DNA of 63,712 bases, filler included, from Sluysia triapertura (GCA_046118255.1; 5 parts of 5 records of this genome joined end to end with filler, not necessarily neighbours in it); one strand, 5' to 3'. Counted from the first letter of the whole stretch, positions 27,265 through 41,829 are shown. Notes: a model not told the origin generated them from the letters alone. A program made the numbers and translations.

Positions 27265-27846
27265 CTTTTCTCCGGATTCAGTAGATGATGCAGCAGCCGC
27301 AGCTACAGCAGCTGCTGCAGCTACTGCAGTACTCTGTCTGTAAAGTAGACTATCAACCGATTTCATTTTCAGTAATGCTTCTTGAATAATAGAGTCACAA
27401 GAAGCTTTATCCATAATACCTAATGCTCCAGTTGAAACAGATGTTAAAGGTAATGGTGGATGAGAGCACGGTGGACCTATTAATGAATTGCCTGTTGTTG
27501 TTGTTGCTATACTACCGATTCCAGTGTTATTTGTATTACTATTGACTGACGAAGCTGCGGCTGCAGCACGGAGCATTTCCGATATACTATTTGTCAATTT
27601 CTCAAATGTAACAACATTTGGATTGCTATTATTTGCACTAGTAAGATTATCTCCTATGCATGTTGAATTATTTAAACTGACAGTATTATTTGTCAAACTT
27701 GATGTAGACAAAAACTGGTTTATAGGAAATGAGCGATACCAATTGGTAAAAGAAAATGTATCCAAGAAGCTCAACTTATAGAGGGGTTCTAAAGTTTCTA
27801 AATTTGTTGAACTGCAACTTAGAAAAAGGAAATCCAAAAAATCACT
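27265..27846 (-). CDS. Internal exon (194 codons) of an unidentified S/T/N/A-rich low-complexity protein
   Basis: Open frame bounded by TTAG|AGT acceptor and AAG|GTTTGT donor, phase 0-0; poly-Ala tracts; GC content above the flanks. Confidence 0.7.
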
Positions 27847-28427
27847 CTAAAAATAATATATATGTGATTTAATATAAAAATAAATACAAAATTATAAAAA
27901 ATAGCTTTGTTTTATTTTAATTTTAAAATAAATATAAGACCGTCTTAATCATCTTAAAATAAAATTATGCTTGTAAAAGAATATCTTAGTCATTTTAACC
28001 CATTGAAAACGGTATGTGATGTAAAGCATATAGCCTGAATTCCCGCATATTTTGTTGATATTATACAAATTAAAAGTGACAATTTCGGAATCATTTATTA
28101 AGTACAATACATTTTAAAATTAATGAGCACATAAATTCACAACGTCAATTACCGTCATCCGTCCTCAATGTGTATCTTATAATCAAAAGAAAATAACTGA
28201 ATGAGTGAAGTATTAATTTACATTCTATACAATTAATTAGCAAATAGAAAATGTTACGAATTAGACGATAGTACAAGAAGAATAAGAAGAGGTATGAATT
28301 TATTAAAATAGAAAAGATAAAAATGAATAAGAAAAACACAACTAACACATAACTACTAAATAATGTGACAGTAATATTGTACAGTTGTAAATGCAGTTTG
28401 AATAATTTTCAAATAACAATTGTATAA

Positions 28428-28565
28428 TTAAATAAATGTAATTTATATTAATAAATTAAATAAATGTAATTTATATTAATAAATTGAATTAATAATTGTA
28501 AAATTGAATAAATATATGTAATTTATATTAAATATATTTGTAAATTTAAATAAATGTAAATAATT
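28428..28565 (+). repeat. AT-rich minisatellite (~28-nt unit TAAATAAATGTAATTTATATTAATAAAT)
   Basis: Several degenerate tandem copies visible. Confidence 0.7.
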
Positions 28566-30321
28566 TACTTAAAAATTGTTACGTTTGAAAATTATAATTA
28601 AAAAATTTTATGTCACTTTTATCTCGAGACAAAAACTTTAACATGGAAAATATTGCAATTTTATCGATATTTTAATGCGAAAAAATTGTAATTTTATTAT
28701 GACTACATGGACTCGTAGTGGTACAAAAGTAGGTTATGTAAAATCAATCGGTACGCACAAAAAACCGTGTTATACGTTACGCGGAGGTATTAACTTTGTA
28801 TATTCATATTTCGTTATCAAATGGTTATTCTAACATCGTTAAACAAGATGGTGAAACATTACCGTCAACAAGGCTATTAAGATAACTGACAAAGGTGCTG
28901 CTATATTACAAATTTCGTGATCTATTTTATACCAAGCGATTTTCAAAGATATCAGTCTCTATTGCGGTGAACAATTCCTGCTCAAAAAATCTTCAATCAT
29001 TATCAATCCATGAATCTGTAAGATTGTTTGTTTTAAGGTTTTATCCTACGATTTTCGCAGTATCAATTTCATACTTAATCTCTAATAATTTTTAATTCCA
29101 AGAATTCCTCCTGGCCAACGTTAAATCTTAATTTTCAATTTAATATTATTACTATTATTATGTCTGATTTTGTAATTTTTCTTCAAATATTTTGTTAATA
29201 AAACTTAGATATTTTGATGTGATTTTTTATCAAGCTGGTTTATTTAAAACACTCTTAATAAAATCAAATTTTTAAAATTGAAACATACTCGAGGCTTTTG
29301 CTAAAAATTTATAATTACACACCCACTTATAGCATTCAACGATAATTTCAATCCACTAAGAATAAGAATTCCTTTTCGTAAAGCTGACATTAAAAATCCT
29401 GAATCAGTGTCACTGACTTCGGACGAATCCAAAAGAATTTTGTAACACCATTTTCTGGTCCATATTTAGTAAGAAAGCGCAGCAATATTATAAAAGAAAA
29501 TCAATTAATATATTGATAAACCGAACATTTTCCCACACTATTGCGTATATTAGAATAATTTGTGATATTAACTATAGAAAGAAATTGACGCTGTATAAAT
29601 TGAAAATAATGATAGAAAAATTATTGTAGCATGAAATTGAAATTTTATTAACCAGTACAATCACTATAACATGTTAAAAATAGAACATTAGAAATAGAAC
29701 AGAATTATGCATGTGATGTATGTATNNNNNNNNNNNNNNNNNNNNNNNNNNNNNNNNNNNNNNNNNNNNTTAATTAATTAANNNNNNNNNNNNNNNNNNN
29801 NNNNNNNNNNNNNNNNNNNNNNNNNTAACATAGCTCACGTACTATTTACACTAGATTTATGAAACAAAAACGAAATTAAAGAGAATGGAATTTTCTATAT
29901 TCATATAATTCGGCAAACAACGAGTACAAACAGTGGTTAATATATTAACCATTCGTACGATAAAGGTTAAAGGAGTATTTGGAAAACAAAAGCAGAAGTT
30001 ACAAATATATATATATGAAATAAAATAATTATACAACTTACATATATAAAACAAATGAAATAAATCAATGTACTTTTTGTAATATTTAAATGAATGTACT
30101 AAACTCAAAATAAACTGCAGTAAATTAATATAAAATCAAAGAATACGCATTTTTAAAAATGAAAATATATTATAAAACTAAGATGGATATAAATTTATTA
30201 TAGAAAATACCAATGACCAAAGCTATATTGTAGAATATAATGAACTATTATGTGAAGGAAATTAGCAAAATAAACTTATAAAAGTGTATAGTAAACGATT
30301 AAAAAGTGTATTTTATTATAG

Positions 30322-30376
30322 GACAAAGTTGGCTATATGACAGAGTTGATTATGAAGAAATTAGTATAGAAGATAA
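30322..30376 (+). CDS. Cadherin exon (GQSWLYDRVDYEE)
   Basis: TAG acceptor, cadherin xDYE motif, GTAAAT donor. Confidence 0.6.
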
Positions 30377-30608
30377 GTAAATAAATTTTTGGCTATATTC
30401 ACGAAAAAGGAAGTGCATTTTACATGTTACAGCACATAAATTTGATGAACTAAAACTTATGTTTAAATGAAAACATAAGTAGTTTCAGAATAAATTTTAA
30501 TATTGTCGAATTTTTTAAACAAATAAATTATAGTTATATTATTCTGATTAATTTGTTTTAAATTATATAATACCAACAATATTGAATTTAAATCATTTTA
30601 AATTTCAG

Positions 30609-30816
30609 GATATTAACGACAACGCTCCAATATTTAATTCATCATTTTATAATGTATCAATCGTTCAAAATTTTGACACTAATTTAATCATAACCGTTAT
30701 TACAGCTTATGATGTTGATCAAGCTAAAACTGCCAATTCTGATATCATGTTTCGATTATCTGGTGATGACTCTAAAAATTTTATATTGCAATCGATAAGT
30801 GAGACCAATAACAAAG
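30609..30816 (+). CDS. Cadherin-repeat protein exon
   Basis: TTTCAG acceptor; DINDNAPIF...VITAYDVD; G|GTAACG donor, phase 1. Confidence 0.92.
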
Positions 30817-31277
30817 GTAACGTTTTCATTGATATAATATTGTTAGGTAGAAGACATCACATCTCATGTGAGAAATAATAATAATTATTATTATTATAAT
30901 AATTATAATAATAATAATAATGATAATAATAATAATAAAATTAAATAAAATCAAAAAATTACCTATTCAATTAAATGAGTAGGTAATAAATATTAAATTA
31001 TTTTTATAAAAAGTATTTTATTTTTCATATCATCTTACTTATTAAAATAAATAAATGAAAATAAATTTGTTTCAAAATATAATTTAGTAAAACCTAATTC
31101 AATAAAAATGTGAACAGAGTTTAATATGAATATTTAAGTCAAAAAATTATTGAAAATTGAGTTTTATAATATGAACACTGTTTATTTTGAACAATGAACA
31201 ATAATTCGTGTAAAATAAATTAATAATTTCTCAATTTTTTTTGTTCAAATATTCATTTTTAACTGTCTTTTATGAAC

Positions 31278-31520
31278 ATGAAAAATACAAATCCAAAACG
31301 AAAGAGAAATAATTTAAGCGTCGAAGAGAAACAGAAATTGTTAAAATTATTTGTTGAAGATAAAGGTTGTTCTCAAAGCTTTCTTTAATCAAAATACAAT
31401 CTTTCCTTAGGTAGTCTAAATAATCTTATGAAATCTAGAGACTCCATTTTTTAGTCAAACTTGAATACCAAACAGAAAAATACATTCGAATTATTGAGTT
31501 TAGAGAAAATTTATTATTTT
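31278..31520 (+). mobile_element. pogo/Tigger-type transposase N-terminal HTH fragment in a cadherin intron
   Basis: MKNTNPKRKRNNLSVEEKQKLLK...KYNLSLGSLNNLMKSRDSI with stops (CENP-B-type N-terminal HTH pattern). Confidence 0.6.
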
Positions 31521-31883
31521 TACATTTTTGCCAATTTAATTATTATATAAGGATGTTCACATTGTGAAGATTAAAATTCAACTCAAAATCTTCTGTTTAA
31601 TTTTAATCGATAACGTTTGAATTAAGTTGGATCATCTTTGTATATATTTAACTAATCATTCAGATGATAGAGCTATTTAATTGATTATCCTATGTACATT
31701 TGATGGAATTGAACTTAGTCGTTTTAAGTTTTGTATTATTGTGGAATATTTATATAAACTGATCTTTTGTAAAAGAAAATTTGTATATTTATTTTGAAAA
31801 TTTGTAAATCAATTGAAAAAATTAATTTAACATTAAAATGCTTTCTAATGAAATAAGCCAAAGAATAATTGATTCTTATTTAA

Positions 31884-32345
31884 CCCTTTAACCGCCGATG
31901 AGAACATTTTTGCGAACATAAATTTATTTGAGAGATTATATGAAACATATATGTTAGAAAAGCCACTATAAAGTTGGCGCCACTTGCGTTAGTGTTAATT
32001 TCAAAATTAATAAAAAATTATTTATGAATTTTCAATAAAATAGCATAAAATGTGAAAATTTAGTATTCTCTATCAAAGTGTAATATAGTGTGGAATCTAC
32101 CATCTTCTAACAAAAGTAATAATAACTTTAGACTTTATAATATTTTCAGTTATTTTATTTAATTCAAATATTTTTTCACAAAATGGTGGCATATTATTGA
32201 AATAACTTTGTGAACACACTTTAAAAGCAGAAACTATTATGCAAAACATTGTCCTTATTTAATCTTCTGAAACAATGTGTAGCATGACCTGCTTAAGCCT
32301 GAAAAATATGAGTGGGACCAATTGGTCTCAGTGGCGGCGAAAGGG
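31884..32345. mobile_element. Non-autonomous piggyBac-type element (462 bp)
   Basis: TTAA on both sides; imperfect TIRs CCCTTTAACCGCCGATGAGAAC and (reverse complement) CCCTTTCGCCGCCACTGAGACC. Confidence 0.85.
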
Positions 32346-32729
32346 TTAAACGATATATCAAGAAAGAACTACCGACTATTTGTGTTACAATTAAAGGATG
32401 TGAAATAAAGAAGAATTAGTCAATAATGTTGATAACCTGATAATACCTAATGACTGAGCATTATATTAGCGCCTTATGATGAGTTTTATAACAAGGTATA
32501 TTAATAGGGAAGGTATAAATGGTGAAAAAATATTAATTTTTCAATTTAAATTTTTTATATGTAATAAATCTATCGTTTTATACATTGCTTCTAGAATTTA
32601 AAACTGAAATTATTTATTCAAAATGTAAGTTCACAAATTCAAAGTAAAATTATAAATTTTCAAAATGTGGATTCATACCGCATAATTTGAATGTATAATT
32701 AAATTGAACTAAAAATAAATTCTATTTAG

Positions 32730-33064
32730 TTAATCTTAAATGTCAACCCAATACTCGATTTGCAGTCAGGTTATATAATTTCACAATAGAGGCTGATGAT
32801 CGTGGAATTCCTTCTAAGTCAGCAAACCCCTTTGCTGTTGTCAATGTGTGGATACAAGAATTTAATGATGAAAATCCATATTTCATTGCTCCTGGATATT
32901 TTCAATTTTCAATTAAAGAAAATTCTCCATATAATCAATTTGTAGGAACTATTAAAGCTCTTGATCCTGATTTAAATGCTAAATTAATTTACTCACTAAG
33001 TGATTTAAATTCAAAAGCATATAATTTAAACGATGCATTAATTTCTGATACAGGATTATATTTG
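32730..33064 (+). CDS. Cadherin-repeat protein exon
   Basis: TTTAG acceptor in phase with the previous exon; YNFTIEADDRGIP...WIQEFNDENPYF...IKENSP..VGTIKALDPD; GTTAGT donor. Confidence 0.92.
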
Positions 33065-33699
33065 GTTAGTTTAACTATGAAATTAAAGTTTAATTAAATT
33101 TTTATAAACTATTAAATCAAGTTTGAGTGTCTTTTCCAATTCATAGTAACCGAAGCTACTTAGAATCAGATCCAACAATCTCACTAAATCATTCAATCGG
33201 TAGTATGTATTTAGTAGTTATTTTATTAATAGCGGTTATAAAATTTATTTTTGCATAATTAACACATTATAAAATCATATTTTGGGTAAACCAAGCCCAC
33301 TTGTATTTGACATCGGAATAAACTATTAAGTGATTTAAATTCGAAAGTATATAATTTAAACGATGCATTAATTTCCGATACAGGGGATTATATTTAACTA
33401 TGGAATTAAATTTTAATTAAATTGTTGTAAACTATTACAAACATATTTCCAAGTTACTAATTTTCGATAGAGATTCTGTTCATTCAATGACATTCTTATT
33501 TTGGAATTGTTGCGAGGATAACATTTTTATAATATTATCAATTTACTAATAATACTTGTTTATTTTAGTCAAAAGTGAATCGTTCTCATTTTAATTTATC
33601 TATGATATTAGTATTATTGTTTTTATATCTGTTATATTAAATGACAACATTGATATTTCATAAAGTTACTTGATAACTTACGAATATAATGATTTGTTC

Positions 33700-34345
33700 T
33701 TTCATCAAAGTATGCATCCATATTATGCATACATCTACCACTTAAGTGGCAGCTTGTTCAGACCGGTAGTATAAAACCTTGGTGGACGAGAGTCAATGAA
33801 TTCCTGGAAGACCATTTTACAGCATGATCGGAATTAAATTGTTGGCCTATTAAAAAGTTGTACAAATTGCGGAAGAAGTGGTAGTTAGTAGGATGATGAA
33901 GTTCCAACGCCAACTCTTGTGCACTGTGCGGTTCAGAATTTAGACTGTTGACAAATTTAGACTTCTTTTCAATTATTTTTCCATATATTTCGTCCAGATG
34001 GTTGCTACGATCGATGAAGCAAGTTTCATACCTGTGATAGACCAAACACTCACCATCAGTTTTTTTGATAAAGTGGCTTTTAGATATTCATCCTTGTCAA
34101 GGCACTGTGTTGAAAGTTTGTGATTGTCATATTAGATCAATTTCTCTTCACAAATGAGAATTCGATTATATAATGTATCTGATTTGTGACAACAAAATAA
34201 CATTAAGCAAGTTTACGAATGCTTTTGTTCCTGTTCTTCATTCATTTGGAACCAACTTATCCAACTTTTTCATTTTACTGATTTGAGCTAAATGAGTTAA
34301 TATTGTTTGTTTGCTAATACCAAACTTCAACGATAATTCTGAGAT
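33700..34345 (-). mobile_element. mariner transposase remnant, internally deleted, in a cadherin intron
   Basis: ELSLKFGISKQTILTHLAQISKMKKLDKLVP (HTH and WVPHEL region) and PTNYHFFRNLYNFLIGQQF (mariner DYHLF..L.NFL.G..F). Confidence 0.8.
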
Positions 34346-36319
34346 GGGTCAAATTCAAGGTTATTGACCTTTGATTCTGTGGGACCGCGTGGCTCAAAAC
34401 AATGTGTTTATTAAACAAAAATTATTTACAGAATTTAATAAAATTTAATATTTTTTATTTATCGTAATCATAAATTCTAATAAAGTCTAAAAAATTTTTA
34501 TAATTCTAATATTTACAAGTGTTAACTAAATAATTGAGATTTTATTAAGTAAATTATCCGATATTGATGTGCTATTATCATTAAGTATAAAGGCGCAACA
34601 TTATTAGTAGAATTGTTGAAATATTATATATCATGGCTTTTGTAACGTGTGGTTTTGGATTGAAAAACGTAATCTTTGCGAATTTCTTAAGTTAGTGATG
34701 TTCGTGATGTGGTGGTACGATACATAATGTACAATTTGTTCCTGATAAAATTTTTAATTATTTAAATAACATTCAACAAGAAACATAGGCTCAAACATAT
34801 CATAATTTTACACCTCACGTTCCATTTTTATACATTTGTATACGTCTTAAATATCTTGCCAAATTATTTTAACTATGTATCACACAATTTAGTCAAGCTT
34901 ATGTTTCATAAAATTACTAAATGATCAACTAAATTTATCAATTCAGAAAGCATTTTCAGAACAGTAAGATGATCTTTAACATAGTAATGCGTCGCCTACC
35001 ACATATCTAAAATTAATAAAATTAATTAATAATAATAATATAAAACTATAACAAACATATCTAAATAATAATACTAAATCTATTCTAAAAATTATGTATC
35101 AAAGACAAAATAAAATTGAAATTATAGTCTGAGAATTTATGTGTTGAGGCTAATGCAAAAACATGAATAAAATATATAAGAAAAATCGTCCAATAAAATG
35201 AAATTAAATATAAAAAATTGATTATAGAAAAATTATTATAGAATAAATTTAGTACTAACGGAAAATTACTATGTAGAGAAATGGTTTCATTGAATTCAAC
35301 GCAACAAAGTTTTTAAGATACAAAAATTGTATACGAATATATTTGAGAGGATTACCCCTTAACCAAATATTGTCCATGAAAAATTATATTGTCTGTTTGA
35401 ATTTGAATTAATATCTGGATTGGAAAATCAAGTTGAATTTGAAGAGTTTCGTTTTATATTAGAAGAATTATAACTTTGGATAATAAACCTAAGTAAAACA
35501 TCCTTAATTAAACCTTTAAAATAAGTTTGTAAATTTAAAGTAAAAAGTTTAGAATAAAAATTAAATGTTTTTTTTCTTTTTTGAATATTTTTCAATCTGA
35601 TATTGTACATGAAAGTAATCTTTATTATATATTTAGTTTTGGCATTTTATTACGAATTAATCCTTGAATTATTATATTAATAAATCTTTGTCATTTATTG
35701 TTGTTCTTTATTCATTGAGACTTAGAAAGAGAGTTTAAATTTCATTAAGCACTTCTATCTCTTACGTTAGAGTGAGTAGAACTCTGATTTTCAGATAAAC
35801 ATTGTTCACATTATTACGTAATATGTTACGAAAGTTTAGTCTAAATTTTGATCAATTCTAAGAGAATAAAATTAAAAGTCCTTTATAAATAATTTGAAAG
35901 CGAATAAGATTTGTAACTCATGAGTTTAAAGACAAACAATGTACCGTTCTTAGAAAAAGTTTTTATAAAGTTATTATTACAATTTATTTAATATATGAAA
36001 AATGTTAAAATCATAATTTAGCAGTAAATGATAACAAATATCAAAAACTATAATTAATTTTAAGTATTATTACCCTTACAAGAAATGTATTAAAAACCAC
36101 AATACATTTTTAATTTTATATTTACAGAAGAATAATTTAGCCTGTCCTGAAAAATTTTATTTATTTTACAAATAAAATAATTTATTTTCTTGTTGCAGTA
36201 CTAAATTTGAATAATTTCAAAAAAAGAAATTAATCATTGAAAACTAAAGAAAGACATGTTACAGTTTTGTATCATGTACTAATTCAATCAATTTTTTATA
36301 AAGCTATTTGTTATTGCAG

Positions 36320-36554
36320 TGGCTTTTCAAGATAGATCCAAATTCAGGAAATATCACAGTTAATGGAACGTTAGATCGTGAAAAGATAAAGAAAATCATA
36401 GTAACCGTAATAGTGCAAGATTCAGCCTCTCAGACCGGTATTCAAACAGCTTTTACCAGTGTCACAATAATAATTGAAGATCAAAATGATAATAAACCCG
36501 AATTTAAAAATTCTTTATTTCGTTTCACGATTTCAGAAAGCTATCTTTATAAAA
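36320..36554 (+). CDS. Cadherin-repeat protein exon
   Basis: TTGCAG acceptor; WLFKIDPNSGNITVNGTLDRE...EDQNDNKPEF; GTTAGT donor. Confidence 0.93.
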
Positions 36555-38094
36555 GTTAGTTTTATATTATATATAAGTTATGTTTAAAATTCAAATTTAA
36601 GTTAAAATGTTTATAAAAATTTAATTAACATGCTTAAAAGAATATTAAACACGAGTAATTTTCAAAAAGAAATTAAATAATTAGCTTTACACTAACTTTG
36701 ACGTAACATAATTCGAGATTCGGAATTTCAAAGAGCTTATTCCAGTTTTGACGAATGTTCCTTTTCATTTCTAATTACTTTTACAATTATATTTTACAGT
36801 TACAAAATAGAATTAAAATTCGAGTTCACCTTGGACAACGTTTTGCACAACAAAGAAAGATGAACCTATAGGACTTAATAAATTAAGGGTCTATGAGTAC
36901 TATAACGTTGAAGAATTAGTTGAATTTAATTAATTAAATTTATATGGTCGTGATATGATTAATGTTGATCAAACAATGACTGCAAATAGTTATAAATGGT
37001 TCCTTGTCAAAGATTTCGCTCCAACAGTGATAAAAGAGAACAATACTTAACTAAGTTTCCTCAAATGTAAGATTTAAAATAATGAAGAATTACCTAATGG
37101 ATCTTCTTAGGCTTAGAAATTCGATGTAGAATGTTATGTAAAAGAAAGAAAGAATTTTTGAATTCTTTATTTTTATTGTGGTTTAATTTAAAAGATTACT
37201 GAGACGAAAATAAAGTTAATTTTGCTATTAATCTATTCATTTCCATTAGGGCATCAAAAAATTAATTGATAAATATCCATTAATATTAATCCAAAGTTCA
37301 TTCACTAATTTATAAAATATTTCAATTTCTAAAAACCGTTAATGGATAAAATTTGATTTAATATAAACATTAATTAATAAAATTTCTTTCATTTAATGTA
37401 CATTCTAACAGTTTCAATCAAATACAATAGGTTATTTTTTGTAAATAAATTACTATTAAAATAACGATTGAGATGTTTATTGTTAAGATTGGTGAAGGAT
37501 AAAGGTAGATGCAAGGGTCAGGGCTTAGGATAACAGAATGAGGTGAGCATTATTAAAGAATAAAGATAAGGTACTTTGATGAACAGTAGTAGTAAGATAT
37601 GTATATAAAGTACTTAAATTAAAACAAAATAAACAGAAATAACCCTTTGCAGGGTTTTATTTGTTAAAATATTAAAGTACATTTGTTAATTAATTTAATT
37701 AAAATTTGTTTAATTTGGTAACTCAGTAAAGATGTTTGCTCATGATAAAATGAAACTTGGTTTTAGTGTATAATATTGAGTTTTATTCGTGTTTTTAATG
37801 ATTAAGTATTGCGAAGCAAGTCAACGTAGATAACATAAAAATTAGTTATTTAATGAATTTTTATAATTTAAAACTAAAGTTAAATATGTTCCGATGGCTA
37901 AGAATTCAAATATGTTAGTGAACTTGACATGCAACGTACGGTTGACTCACAAGGTATTAATGCAGAACACTCCTGTTAGAAATAAATTTATTATTTCATT
38001 GATTTTATCGTTAAATTAAGTTGACAAATTAGGTTATTATTATAAAAGCAATGTAAGAATGATCTTAAATTTTAATTAGATGATATTAAGAAGA

Positions 38095-38830
38095 TAATGG
38101 ATTGTTTTCCACAAATCCCATTATCTTTAGATAATTGGAATGATAATGAAGTTGGACATAAGGGAAATTGCTGTCAACATGTAATAAGCGAAATTAGTCA
38201 GCTTATTACTGACTAAAAGAAAATCGACAGCTTTAATTTCCGTCTTGCTTAATTTCTGATTTCTAATTTTACTAATTATCATAAAAGTGCTATATAAGTA
38301 GTTATATTTCTGCAAGAAAATCAGAAGAAAGTAGTGCTAAAAGCAAAAGTTAAGAAAAATAAAGAAGACTTTTAACTGTAGGGGCGCTGCCTTGATTAAT
38401 CTGTTGTTAACGGTGATATCATGACTTATTCTTTAGTAATTGATTAAAATAAGCTTTTAGAGTTAGAGGAATACGGGTTAGTGAATTATTTTATATTAAT
38501 TATAAATATATTAATTATTAATGCTGGTGCGAAAATTTAAGTAGGTTGTGGTTATTATTTGTCATTGAAGAGTGATTCATATTGTTATAAATAATAATTT
38601 ACATTTCCATTGTTATAAAGAGTTATTTATATATTTTGGATATAATATTGGGATAATGTAAAGAATATATCGCGAATTTGAATTATTTAGTTATTGAATT
38701 TTAATTTAATAATTTGGTTTTAAAAATACAACCGTTCTTTGAATAGTATTTTCTCTCTTGTTAATTTCAAATTCAGTATAAATTTGCACGTCATCGACAT
38801 ATTTATGGTACTTAAAATCATATGATTCGA
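38095..38830 (-). mobile_element. L2-like LINE reverse transcriptase fragments
   Basis: YHKYVDDVQIY matches the L2 YHxYADDxQ(L/I)Y motif; 38095-38180 is similar to 25080-25170. Confidence 0.65.
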
Positions 38831-38846
38831 TTACACTTTCAACATC

Positions 38847-38878
<32 letters not shown>

Positions 38879-39172
38879 GTAATGACGGCACACACATAAA
38901 CACATAATGAACATTTATTGATATAATTTATTGATTGTACACACATAAACATTGATTTATTATTATTTTATTAGTACAATTTTTTGAAATGACTAATTTA
39001 TTGTTTTAAAACATTATTATTTTATTAATACAATTTTTGAAATACTATAATTTGGAACTATAATTCAAAAGTATGTTTCATTTTTATTTTAATAATTATT
39101 AGTGTATTATTTTTTATTTTTAATATTTTAATTTTAAATACTATTTTGATTTTAAATATATATATATATATT

Positions 39173-39402
39173 TTTTAACAGTTTGTTTTAATCTGATCCT
39201 TCAAGGTCAGATTAAAACAGTATAAAAATAAAAAAATTTACAACCAACACAACGTATTTATACAGTTATTTGTTTAAAAATCTTTATTTGATTACGCGCT
39301 AGGAGAAACTGATAATTTTTTAAGAATATATATATATATATATATATAAACAGTTTTTTTTAATCTGACCTTGAAGGATAAGATTAAAACAAACTGTTAA
39401 AA
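39173..39402. repeat. 45-bp inverted repeat pair, each arm itself a hairpin, next to (TA)n tracts
   Basis: TTTTAACAGTTTGTTTTAATCTGATCCTTCAAGGTCAGATTAAAA and its reverse complement with one mismatch. Confidence 0.85.
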
Positions 39403-41049
39403 TTATTTATTTTATTATTTATATATTTAAAATGTGCGAATTATTTTCTACATCAAATCTGTACTTTTAAGGTTATTCTCCAATAAAAATTTTCTCAATG
39501 ATCTATGTGTGCATTGGCCATCATTAGAGTTATAATAACTATGTTATATGAGGTAATTATTGATATCACTTCATAATGCATAATAGCATAATTAATAAAG
39601 TAAATTTTATTTGGCGTCTTGAATATCAGATGTCCGTTAAACTTTAATTTAAAAATGTGAATAAAAATCAGCTTAACATTTTCTAATGTTACTATAATGT
39701 TTACACTATGATGTAAACTAATGGTAATATAATAATAATAACAATAGTAATAATATTAATATTATTAATATTAATAATAATGTAATAAAAATGAATTATT
39801 TACATCTGCATTATTTATTAGAATATACTTAAAATTTTAATTACAAAAAACAGTTAACATTATATAGTTAATATGAAAATAGTTAAATAATATTACGAAA
39901 TTAATAAAAGGTATTTAAACCACTTACTATAGTTATAGTTAAAGCAATCAATTAATATGAAATTATTAGAAAATGTTTTAATATTTAAAACAGATATTTA
40001 ATTTAAAACAAATTAATTATATTTAATAAAAAATGAGACCTACAAAAAGAATAAAAACATCACATAGAACAGTTGCAGTTCTTCAATAGTTTATCATCTA
40101 TCACGCAGCTGAAAAGATTATTAATTTGGAAAACAAAGGAAATTTCACAAACATCAAAAACGAAACAATTTTTTAATTATAAAAATGTGTTAAAATACTT
40201 TAAGAATCATTTTTCATTGGGCATTTTAATTATCTCATTAAATTCATTTATAAAATTAATTAGTTCTTTATTTAATTCCTTTAAATAACTAATATTATCT
40301 TGGTTTTATTGCTATTGATTAATTATTCTAACATTCGGTTACAATATTATACTTGTGTTATTGACGATTTTATATTATCAATACCCGTGTATTGTCTTAT
40401 TTAAAATATATTATAAAATCCATTGAAAATCCAATTTTAAAGAAGGAGTTAAAATCATTATTTTTCACCTCATTTTAAAACTATTTTCAATTCAACATTA
40501 AAATTTATTGGTAAAGTGAATAAAACAATTTATTTATTGTTTGTCATAATAAAGAGTATGTCAATTGTCTGATTTATAATTATCGTAGGACTTTCACAGA
40601 AACTGCGTACATACTATAAAGATGCGTATCAAAAATTAATAGTGATCTCTCTATTCTTTACTTGATATTGATATTTTCTAAATTCTTTGAATAAGTTACT
40701 AAGTCTTAGATCACAGTCGAACTCAGCTAAATTTATAATAATTTATGATATCAGACTCTAACATACTTAAAGTAACCACACCTTATTATTGTATATACTG
40801 TTATGATTAATTTTTAATTATTATTTTGTTATTTTTGTAACATTAACAATTGTTTAATTTTTGTCATTGTTAGAATCAAAAACGTCTAATAACTGGGCTA
40901 ATAATAAAAATAAAGAAAAGATAATAATAATGTTTTAATTACAATAATAATAACAACAGTAAGATGTAAAACTTTTGAGGTGCAGGCTTAAAGTGCCATT
41001 TGGAACAATAATAGTATAACTGACTATAATAAAATAAAATTGTTAGTCA

Positions 41050-41115
41050 GGGCTGATAGCTCAGTGGTCAAAAGCTATGAGGTAAGAATTCCGGGGTTGA
41101 ATCCCAGTCAGTCCA
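41050..41115 (+). repeat. tRNA-Ala-derived repeat or pseudogene
   Basis: GGGCTGATAGCTCAGTGGT (A box)...GGTTGAATCCC (B box)...TCAGTCCA; anticodon arm lost. Confidence 0.75.
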
Positions 41116-41452
41116 TTTAATGATGTGAAAATAATTATGATTAAATCAATTGTAATCATTATGCTAAATCAAATTTTGTATTTCGTAAAATTTTGTAATT
41201 AAATAAAAATTATGTCCAAAGTTTTGTAAAAATAATTTAATATTTGTTATTATATTTATAATTATTATTACTATTATAAATCTATTAGTTTTATTAAAAT
41301 ATTATAACAATTANNNNNNNNNNNNNNNNNNNNNNNNNNNNNNNNNNNNNNNNNNNNTTAATTAATTAANNNNNNNNNNNNNNNNNNNNNNNNNNNNNNN
41401 NNNNNNNNNNNNNATTTTAAAATTTTATTTATAATGATTGAAAAGTATCAGA

Positions 41453-41504
41453 TCTTTGCGACCCCCTTTCAGTAGTCTCGCGACCCACAGCTTAAGAAGC
41501 CCTG
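41453..41504. mobile_element. hAT (Charlie-like) terminus
   Basis: Reverse complement begins CAGGGCTTCTTAAGCTGTGGGTCGCGA, with repeated GCGACCC subterminal motifs. Confidence 0.6.
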
Positions 41505-41829
41505 ATCTATTCAATGGTCTTAAAGTAAAAGAAGTTAATGCACTTAAAATGAAATTTACGCACCCAAGGAAGTTTTTTATTGTGCTGTTTATGCATGGAT
41601 CTCTGGCAGATTGAACTACGAGTATAATACATTTATAAATTACAAAGGAAGAAAATAAAAGATATAATTAGATAATAATACTTTAAAAATCAATAACCTA
41701 TCGGTTAATTTAAAAATAAAAATTAATGTGTACATTGCTAAATTAAATCATCGATAAGATTTTAGAACAATAATTTTAAAGTTAGGTGACCGATCAGACT
41801 TTATTTATGTGTCATTCTGCGCAAATATA

